Shown: one piece after another, positions 52,479 through 60,384 of the stretch | How the letters are laid out: each line of letters starts with the position of its first letter | Numbering within the stretch: position 1 is the first letter of the stretch | Source: Candidatus Peregrinibacteria bacterium | GTDB lineage: Bacteria; Patescibacteriota; Gracilibacteria; Peribacterales; Peribacteraceae | Length of the DNA stretch: 64,000 bases | Reading direction: 5' to 3' | NCBI GenBank assembly: GCA_018648865.1 | Contig: JABGQH010000009.1 | Coordinates: 12,917-76,916, forward strand | Made by a program: the position numbers and the translations under genes | Notes under the pieces: generated by a model | What the model was told of the DNA's origin: nothing | The model's database searches: none | What the model saw: only the letters and a program-made list of their open reading frames with translations

Positions 52479-54164
52479 ATGCAGAAAACTTGTACTAAAT
52501 GTTCGGCTCCGTTCGAGGTAACCGATGATGATATTAAATTTTACGAGAATGTTTCCCCTATTATAAAAGGAGAAAAGTATATTATTACTCCTCCTAAATA
52601 TTGCCCTGATTGCAGATTACAGAGGAAGGTTTGCTTTCGAAATGAACGCATGTTTTATAGTCGAAAAAGTGATTTAACAGGAGATATGATGGTTTCCATA
52701 TATGCTCCAGATATTCCATACAAGATATATGATCAAGAAGAATGGTGGAGCAAGAAGTGGGATGCCAGAGACTATGGACGTGAATTTGATTTTACAAGAC
52801 CATTTTTTGATCAAATGAATGACCTATGGAAGGAGGTTCCAATAGTTACATTATGGAATTCAAACTGCGAGAATGCCACATATAACAATAACTGCTTCCA
52901 TTTGAAGGATAGTTATATGAATTACAACAGTGACGAAGGAGAGAGAATTATGTATTCATATGGAACGGAATTCTGCACTGATTCTGCTGATTGTACATTC
53001 GTACAAAAATCTGAACTTTGTTATGAATGTACCGATTGTACGAGAGCATATACATGTATATTTTCTAGTCTTTTGGATAACTGCACAGACTGCTCATTCA
53101 GTTCAGACTTGATGGGATGTAAGAATTGTTTTGGCTGCCATGGACTTAGACAACAAAGTTATTGTTTCTTTAATGAACATCTCTCAAAAGATGAGTGGGA
53201 AGATCGTATGAAATCTATTAGTTATACACCACAAAATATAAGTAAATATAAAAAACAATCTGAAGAAGTGCGTATGAAGGTGCCACAAGTTGCTACAAAA
53301 ATGGTGCAGTGTTCGGACAGTACAGGAAACTTTTTATATAACTGTGCCAATTCTGAAAATTGTTTTGATATGCATAATTGCGAATTTGTTAAGAATGGAA
53401 TTTACGTTCCTTGGGACGTAAAACATGCGCAAGATGTATACGCACATGCTGGAGCAGAATGGAGTTACGAAGTAATTGCAGGGGGAATAGGAATTTCACA
53501 TGTTGCATTTATAAATGGTTTAGTTAGTGGCCTAAGTGATAGTTACTATTCAGTCCAATGCGGATACGGATCTAATAATCTATTTGGATGTGTAAGTATG
53601 ATGAAATATAAATATTGCATTTTAAATAAGCAGTACACAAAAGAAGAATACGAAGAGCTTGTGCCTCGTGTCATAGAACACATGAAAAAGAATGGAGAAT
53701 GGGGAGAATTCTTTCCCCCTAGTATTAGTCCATTTGCGTATAACGAAACAATGGCACAGGAATTCTTCCCTCTAACAAAAGAAGAAGCTCTTAATCAAGG
53801 ATATAAATGGAGAGATATACAAGATGAACTGCCAAAATCTGACAGAGTGATTTCTTCAGATAAGTTGCCACCATCAATCGAAGATATTCCTGACGACATC
53901 CTAAATTGGGCAATTAAATGTGAAGTTAGTGGGAGACTTTATAAAATTACATCTCAAGAATTGGATTTTTACCGTCGCATGAAATTACCGGTTCCGAGAT
54001 TGCATTACGAGAAGCGCTATCAAAACAGGGCAAAAAGTCGACCTCCACGCAAGCTTTGGAATCGCAAATGTAACAAGTGTGATATTGATATACAGACAGT
54101 CTATTCACCTGATAGGCCAGAGAAAGTTTTTTGTGAAGATTGCTATTTAAAAGAGGTATACTAA
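52479..54164 (+). CDS. Cys-rich protein, array copy 6
   Basis: Paralogue, 561 aa. Confidence 0.9.
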   Translation: MQKTCTKCSAPFEVTDDDIKFYENVSPIIKGEKYIITPPKYCPDCRLQRKVCFRNERMFYSRKSDLTGDMMVSIYAPDIPYKIYDQEEWWSKKWDARDYGREFDFTRPFFDQMNDLWKEVPIVTLWNSNCENATYNNNCFHLKDSYMNYNSDEGERIMYSYGTEFCTDSADCTFVQKSELCYECTDCTRAYTCIFSSLLDNCTDCSFSSDLMGCKNCFGCHGLRQQSYCFFNEHLSKDEWEDRMKSISYTPQNISKYKKQSEEVRMKVPQVATKMVQCSDSTGNFLYNCANSENCFDMHNCEFVKNGIYVPWDVKHAQDVYAHAGAEWSYEVIAGGIGISHVAFINGLVSGLSDSYYSVQCGYGSNNLFGCVSMMKYKYCILNKQYTKEEYEELVPRVIEHMKKNGEWGEFFPPSISPFAYNETMAQEFFPLTKEEALNQGYKWRDIQDELPKSDRVISSDKLPPSIEDIPDDILNWAIKCEVSGRLYKITSQELDFYRRMKLPVPRLHYEKRYQNRAKSRPPRKLWNRKCNKCDIDIQTVYSPDRPEKVFCEDCYLKEVY

Positions 54165-54170
54165 ATACCA

Positions 54171-55835
54171 ATGCAGAATTGTATTTCATGTAACGTTTCA
54201 TTCGAAGATAGTCAGGCAGAGATATCTTTAAGAGCAAAGATTGGCGATGCTATACAAAAAGGTGATTTGCCAGAGCCAAAGCTATGTTGTGACTGCAGAT
54301 TAATTCAACTAATGAGTTGGAGGAATGAACGCATTCTATATACGAGAATGTGTGATAAGAGTGGCAAAAAGATAATCTCTGTTTATCCGCAAAATGTAGC
54401 TTTCCCTGTTTATGAAAAATCTATTTGGTGGGGAGACAGTTGGAACGCCACAAACTATGGCCAGGATTATGATTTTAATAGACCATTCTTTGAGCAGTTT
54501 GCAGAATTACAAAGAAATACTCCTCGTGCGTCATTAAATACAAAGAATGTTGAGAATTGCGATTATTGTAATTTTACGTTTGATTCAAAAGATAGTTACT
54601 TAACAACGTGTTGTTATTACTCAGAATCAATTCTATACAGTTTTTGGATGCTTGAGTGCAAAGATTGTACTGAATGTAGTTATTGTTTTCAGTGTCAGAA
54701 CTGTTTGCAGTGCACTGACTGCAATAAATCATATGGTTGCTATGAGTGTGTGCAATGCAATGTTTGCACTGATAGTTCGTACTTATTTGATTGTCGTGGT
54801 TGTACAGACTGTTTTTGTAGTGTCGGATTAAGAAATGCTAAATATCACATGTTTAATGAGAAATTATCTAAAGAAGAATTTGAAAATAGAATGAAAGAAT
54901 TTGATTTGCAAAATCCAGTACATGTAGAAAAGGTAAAAGAACGATTAGATGCTTTAAAATTAAAACACCCACACAAATATTCTGTGCAGGAAAAGTGTGA
55001 AGACTCAACGGGGGACCATATAGTAGAATTAAAAGACTGCAAAAATTGCTATCAGACATTTAGATCCAGAGATTGTATAAATGTAACAGACGCGGACGGA
55101 AACAATGATTTGCTTGATTGCTATCATACTGGTTGGTCAGAAATGATATATGAAGGATATTCACCAGTTAGACTTAGGAACTCTGCATTTGAGGTACAAT
55201 GCTGGGATGGCAATGACATCTTCTATTCAGATACATGCCAGAATTGCTCATATTGCTTTGGGTGTATTAGCTTGCGACAAAATAAATATTGCATATTGAA
55301 TAAACAATATTCAAAAGAAGAATATGAAGTAATGCTCTATAAAATAATTAATCATATGAAATCTACAGGTGAGTGGGGGAAATTCTTTCCAAATGAAATT
55401 TGTATATTTTCTTATAACGATTCTGTGGCTCAGGATGTATATCCTCTAGAAAAAGAGGAAGCAATTAAACGAGGATGGAAATGGCAAGATAATCTCCCAT
55501 TTACTATGGGAAAGGAAACTACAACTTGGAATAGCTATGAAATGAAGATTGAAAAGGTGCAAGAAGATATATTAAATGAGATATTTGCCTGTGAATGTTG
55601 TAAAAAGAATTATCGTATAATTAGATCTGAACTCAAGTTTTATAAACAAATGAAGTTACCATTATCTAGGCTTTGTTCAGGATGTAGACACTTAGAAAGG
55701 ATCAAGACCAGAAATCCAAGAAATTTACATAACAGAACATGTAATAAATGTAATAAGGAAATTCAAACCACTTTTGCACCAGAAAGACCAGAAAAGGTTT
55801 ACTGCGAGGAATGTTATTTGAAAGAGGTTTATTGA
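54171..55835 (+). CDS. Cys-rich protein, array copy 7
   Basis: Paralogue, 554 aa. Confidence 0.9.
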   Translation: MQNCISCNVSFEDSQAEISLRAKIGDAIQKGDLPEPKLCCDCRLIQLMSWRNERILYTRMCDKSGKKIISVYPQNVAFPVYEKSIWWGDSWNATNYGQDYDFNRPFFEQFAELQRNTPRASLNTKNVENCDYCNFTFDSKDSYLTTCCYYSESILYSFWMLECKDCTECSYCFQCQNCLQCTDCNKSYGCYECVQCNVCTDSSYLFDCRGCTDCFCSVGLRNAKYHMFNEKLSKEEFENRMKEFDLQNPVHVEKVKERLDALKLKHPHKYSVQEKCEDSTGDHIVELKDCKNCYQTFRSRDCINVTDADGNNDLLDCYHTGWSEMIYEGYSPVRLRNSAFEVQCWDGNDIFYSDTCQNCSYCFGCISLRQNKYCILNKQYSKEEYEVMLYKIINHMKSTGEWGKFFPNEICIFSYNDSVAQDVYPLEKEEAIKRGWKWQDNLPFTMGKETTTWNSYEMKIEKVQEDILNEIFACECCKKNYRIIRSELKFYKQMKLPLSRLCSGCRHLERIKTRNPRNLHNRTCNKCNKEIQTTFAPERPEKVYCEECYLKEVY

Positions 55836-55877
55836 TTCTTATACGTAATATCAATTTGCTGTTATTATATTTAAGTA

Positions 55878-57545
55878 ATGCAAAAAACATGTAACCAGTG
55901 TTCAACTTCATATGAAATATATGATGATGACAAAGCGCTTCTACATAAAATTTCGCCTACAATTGGTGGTAGAAAATTTGAAATACCAGTATCGGATATT
56001 TGCCCAGAATGTAGGCAGCAACGTAGAATGTCCTTTAGAAACGAAAGGAAGCTGTATCGCAGGAAATGTGATGTTACAGGCAAGGATATCATTTCTATAT
56101 TCTCTTCGGACTCTCTTTTTAAGGTATGTGATAAGGATTACTGGTATAGCGATAAATTTGATCCCTTGGAATATGGCAGAGACTATGATTTTAATAGGCC
56201 ATTCTTTGAGCAATTCAAGGATTTGTCATTAACAATCCCTATGCCATCTATGCGCGTGGAAAGGTCAGAGAATTGTGATTTTAACAATGACATGGGGGAT
56301 TGTAAGAACTGTTACTTGTGTGCACGAACACATCAGTCACAGGATCTTATATACACATACAGAGGCAACAGATCATCTAGTTCAATAGATTGCACTCAGA
56401 TAACCAGATCAGAGATTCTTTATGAATGTGTTGATTGTGTTAAGTGCTACAACTGTAAATATTCATTCTTTTGTAGTGAATGTACAGATTGTTCTTTTCT
56501 ACTTGATTGTAGGAGTTGCATGTCCTGCTTTATGTGTACAAATCTTAGGAGTAAACAGTATTGTTTCTTAAATGAGCAACTAACCAAAGAAGAGTACGAG
56601 AAAAGACTTTCAGAATTTAATTTTGGTTCTTATGACCATGTTCAAAGAGCTTACAAAATGTACGCAGATATAAAAAAGAAAGCCATCCGTAGGAATCTTA
56701 TAAAAGTAAATGCAAACAACTCAACAGGCGACAATTTAATAGACTGTAATAATTGCCATATGTGCTTTAGCACTCAGTTTACAGAGGACGGTAGGTATCT
56801 GTGGGATGTTAAGGATTACAAGGATTCAATGGATGCATATAGCGGAGGAAGAAATAGTGAGCTTATGTACTACACAACTGCAGGGGCTGCTTCGTATAGT
56901 GTTCAGTTTTGCTTTAGGACATCTGGATGTAATGATGTTTTGTATTCGTTCTATATTAATACATCTAAAAACATATTTGGATCTATCGGTTTAAAAAGGG
57001 GAAACTTTTGCATTCTAAACAAGGAATATACAGAAGATGAATATAACGATCTGATGCCAAAGATTATTGATCATATGATCAGCACTGGTGAGTGGGGCAA
57101 GTTCTTTCCGTCTTCCCTTTGTCCATTTGCTTATAATGAAACTGTTGCTGACGAATTCTTTCCCCTAGATAAGGGAAGAGCTAACGATTTAGGATATAGG
57201 TGGAAAGAAGATGATCCAAAGGATTTTATGCCTCAAACATATAACATTCCAAATAACATTTCTGATGTTAAGGATGATATTTTAAATGAGGTTTTGGCAT
57301 GTGATACATGTAATAAGAATTACAAGATAGTTCCTGCTGAACTTAAGTTTTATAGAAATCATAATCTAGCTATTCCTAGGTACTGCATCGATTGCAGACA
57401 TATGAGGAGAAATAAAACAAAGAACCCAATGAGAATTAGAAAAGACATTTGCAAGAAATGTAATTCAGAAATGGATACTACATATCCAGAAGGAACAGAT
57501 ATGCAGATAATTTGTGATGATTGCTATCTAAAAGAGGTTTATTAA
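55878..57545 (+). CDS. Cys-rich protein, array copy 8
   Basis: Paralogue, 555 aa, ends CDDCYLKEVY. Confidence 0.9.
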   Translation: MQKTCNQCSTSYEIYDDDKALLHKISPTIGGRKFEIPVSDICPECRQQRRMSFRNERKLYRRKCDVTGKDIISIFSSDSLFKVCDKDYWYSDKFDPLEYGRDYDFNRPFFEQFKDLSLTIPMPSMRVERSENCDFNNDMGDCKNCYLCARTHQSQDLIYTYRGNRSSSSIDCTQITRSEILYECVDCVKCYNCKYSFFCSECTDCSFLLDCRSCMSCFMCTNLRSKQYCFLNEQLTKEEYEKRLSEFNFGSYDHVQRAYKMYADIKKKAIRRNLIKVNANNSTGDNLIDCNNCHMCFSTQFTEDGRYLWDVKDYKDSMDAYSGGRNSELMYYTTAGAASYSVQFCFRTSGCNDVLYSFYINTSKNIFGSIGLKRGNFCILNKEYTEDEYNDLMPKIIDHMISTGEWGKFFPSSLCPFAYNETVADEFFPLDKGRANDLGYRWKEDDPKDFMPQTYNIPNNISDVKDDILNEVLACDTCNKNYKIVPAELKFYRNHNLAIPRYCIDCRHMRRNKTKNPMRIRKDICKKCNSEMDTTYPEGTDMQIICDDCYLKEVY

Positions 57546-57652
57546 TAAAATATAGGGGTGGGGGTATATATATGCATTCAAAAGTGGCTATTTATCGCTA
57601 ATATATGCAGAGAAAGCTTCACATTTAGTAAATTTTAAAGTAAAATTCATGA

Positions 57653-59893
57653 TTGATGGCGCTTTCTTATTTGCATATCGTTATTCCACAGGGAAACCCA
57701 AATTCTCCTAAGTTAGAATCAAAATGGCAGGAGTTGTTAATTGCTCTAAGAAATACGATTACAGGTGAAAGGTTTTCATTTGAGTATTTTGGAAACGAAC
57801 AATATACATATTTTTATGTAGTTTCTAAAAAGAAGTACCAAGGAACCATAGAGGGTCGAATATACTCTTCGTTCCCAGATGCAGAAATATATGAAGTAAG
57901 TGATTACACTAGCAAGTTTAATCCAGAAAAAAGTGGATTTGCTGGGACACAGGTATCTCTATCAGAAAAAGATGTTTATCCAACTAGAACATACGAACAA
58001 TTTGAGGAAGACAGCATGGCACCATTCTTTTCAGTGGTTTCTAAGATAGAAAGTGGTGAGCAAGTTTGGACTCAAATAATTGTAGAGCCGCATGACGATA
58101 CAGGTAGATATCATTTAAGAAGGAATTTTAGGTATTGGCTGGTTAGAATGAAAAAGTTCTTTTCTGTGCGGGATAGATTAAGGAAGGAAGGATTGAAGGG
58201 AATAAATGCAGTAAGATTTGATATGGCAAAAGATAAAGAAAAAACAAAACCATTCAAGGTAAGTATCAGATGTTGCTACATTGCGAAAGATTCAGAAATA
58301 GCAAAAAGAAAGCTCCGCTCTGTAGTTAATAGCTTTTATCAATTCAATGATTCAGATATTAATTCATTTGAATCTTCTAGGTACTCAACTTCCGATAAAT
58401 TCATTGATAATTACAAAAACAGAAAGCACGCAAAGACATTCATATTAAGTGCTAAGGAATGTGCAACCATATATCACTTACCAAATGCGGACTTTACTCC
58501 ACATATAGTTCATGTACTTGCTCGCAAATCAGATCCTCCTAGAGATCTACCAAGAAAAGGAGAGAAAGAAGTAAGTGCTTTTGGTGTTACCAATTACCAT
58601 AACAACTTTGTTCCATTTGGTATAAAGAGAGAGGACAGAAGGAGACATTTGTATTGTGTAGGTAAGTCTGGATCTGGAAAAAGTAAATTATTGGAACTAT
58701 TGATTAATACAGACATAAAAGATGGTCACGGTGTTGCTGTCTTGGATCCTCATGGTGATTTAGTAGATGCAATACTTAAGCTAATCCCAGAGGAAAGGAA
58801 AGATGATGTAGTTTTGTTAGATCCAGGTGATATAGATTTTCCAATTGCGTTTAACCCACTTCAACAAGTTGATGAGGCATACAAAATGCAATTAACAATT
58901 GGATTCTTAGATATTTTCAAGAAGCTATTTGGAGATAACTGGACATATAGATTGGAGCACGTGCTTAGATATACAACTCTAGCTTTGTTAGACAGCCCTA
59001 ATACTACAGTCTTAAGCATACTTAAGATGCTTACAGACAAGAACTACAGACAAAAGATTGTTTCTAGGATCAACGATAATGTTGTTAAGAGTTTCTGGGT
59101 TAGCGAGTTTGCTGCATGGAGTGAAAAGTACGATGCTGAAGCAATTACACCACTGCTAAATAAAGTTGGGCAATTAGTAGCAACAAACATGGTTAGGAAC
59201 GTAATTGGTCAGCCAGAAACAAAGTTTGATATCAGAGAGATAATGGACAACAAGAAAATACTTCTTATGAAAGTATCCAAGGGACTACTCGGAGAAGAAA
59301 ACTCAGCTCTAGTAGGATCAATGATTATCACAAAGATGTATCAGGCTGCAATGAGTAGGGCAGATACTGCAGAGGCAGATAGACCTGATTTCTACTTTTA
59401 TGTAGATGAGTTCCAGAACTTTGCCACAGACACATTTTATGAAATCTTATCTGAAGCTAGAAAGTATCATCTTAATTTAACAATCGCTCATCAATATATG
59501 GGACAGTTGAGTGATAAGATTAGGCAAACAGTATTCGGTAATGTTGGTTCTATGATTAGCTTCCGTGTTGGAGCAGAGGATGCAAAGATTCTATCAGAGG
59601 AGTACAGTCCTATCTTTAACGAGCGCGATATTATTAATCTTGGTGTACGTGAGTTCTACACAAAGATGTCCATAGATGGAGAAATTAGAGAAGCTTTCTC
59701 TGGCAGAACCATGGATGCTCCAGTTCCTACAAATGATATATCTAAAGAAATAAGAGAATTATCTCGAAAGAAATATTGTGAACCAAAAGCAAATGTAGAA
59801 GTAATGTTAAAGAAATGGGATGAAGCAGCTTCTGCAGAAGCAACAGAAGAAGAAATGGCAGTAGAAGAAAAGTTTGAGGAGCCAATATTGTAA
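57653..59893 (+). CDS. VirD4/TraD/TrwB-like (HerA-FtsK superfamily) ATPase
   Basis: HLYCVGKSGSGKS, LDPHGDL, FYVDEFQNF, LSEARKY, AHQY, FRVG.EDA. Confidence 0.9.
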   Translation: MMALSYLHIVIPQGNPNSPKLESKWQELLIALRNTITGERFSFEYFGNEQYTYFYVVSKKKYQGTIEGRIYSSFPDAEIYEVSDYTSKFNPEKSGFAGTQVSLSEKDVYPTRTYEQFEEDSMAPFFSVVSKIESGEQVWTQIIVEPHDDTGRYHLRRNFRYWLVRMKKFFSVRDRLRKEGLKGINAVRFDMAKDKEKTKPFKVSIRCCYIAKDSEIAKRKLRSVVNSFYQFNDSDINSFESSRYSTSDKFIDNYKNRKHAKTFILSAKECATIYHLPNADFTPHIVHVLARKSDPPRDLPRKGEKEVSAFGVTNYHNNFVPFGIKREDRRRHLYCVGKSGSGKSKLLELLINTDIKDGHGVAVLDPHGDLVDAILKLIPEERKDDVVLLDPGDIDFPIAFNPLQQVDEAYKMQLTIGFLDIFKKLFGDNWTYRLEHVLRYTTLALLDSPNTTVLSILKMLTDKNYRQKIVSRINDNVVKSFWVSEFAAWSEKYDAEAITPLLNKVGQLVATNMVRNVIGQPETKFDIREIMDNKKILLMKVSKGLLGEENSALVGSMIITKMYQAAMSRADTAEADRPDFYFYVDEFQNFATDTFYEILSEARKYHLNLTIAHQYMGQLSDKIRQTVFGNVGSMISFRVGAEDAKILSEEYSPIFNERDIINLGVREFYTKMSIDGEIREAFSGRTMDAPVPTNDISKEIRELSRKKYCEPKANVEVMLKKWDEAASAEATEEEMAVEEKFEEPIL

Positions 59894-60118
59894 TCGGATC
59901 TTGAAATTAGAAGTAAATTACTTTTTATAAAAGTAAGTACCCCTTCATTCCGCTTTGCGGAACTTCGGAGCACACAGTATCTTGCGACTCACTGCGTCGC
60001 TACGCTCCTTGCTTGTCTGCAATTCAACTGTGGCGGAGCCATGTAGTAAGAACTTTCTCGTTTTTGTTGTATTTATTGGCCTGCCATGTAGTGAACGAAC
60101 GAAGTGAGTTCTACTACA

Positions 60119-60209
60119 TGGCGGAGAGAGAGGGATTCGAACCCTCGAGACCCTGTAAGAGCCTAACGGTTTTCAAGACCGTCGCCATCGACCACTCGGC
60201 CACCTCTCC
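60119..60209 (-). tRNA. tRNA-Ser (anticodon TGA), CCA encoded
   Basis: GGAGAGGTGGCCGAGTGGTC...ACGGT-CT-TGA-AA-ACCGT...GGTTCGAATCC...CTCTCCGCCA. Confidence 0.95.
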
Positions 60210-60285
60210 AAAACAATTATAAAGCAAAAATTGACCAATGTCTTCAATAGTTTCTAAATTTCGATTAATATTATATGACTAAGAA

Positions 60286-60341
60286 GACCACTTTACCCCG
60301 CACTTGAGCGAAGCTCATAGTGTAGGGTCGGCCACCTCTCC
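60286..60341 (-). pseudogene. 5' fragment of tRNA-Ser(TGA) interrupted by a 36-bp hairpin (60292-60327)
   Basis: Plus strand GACCAC[TTTACCCCGCACTTGAGCGAAGCTCATAGTGTAGGG]TCGGCCACCTCTCC equals tRNA nt 1-20; preceded by TGCTATAAT. Confidence 0.85.
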
Positions 60342-60384
60342 ATAAGGCATTATAGCAATAATAGAAGATTTAGTCTCTAAATAT

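Noticed and set aside
44071-57545. Array as a diversity-generating retroelement target, integron or CRISPR
   Set aside because: No reverse transcriptase, no adenine-specific TR/VR pair seen, no integron integrase, junctions lack attC-like palindromes, and the repeats are separated by 1.7-kb genes rather than short spacers
60013-60222. 69-aa ORF
   Set aside because: Antisense to tRNA-Ser
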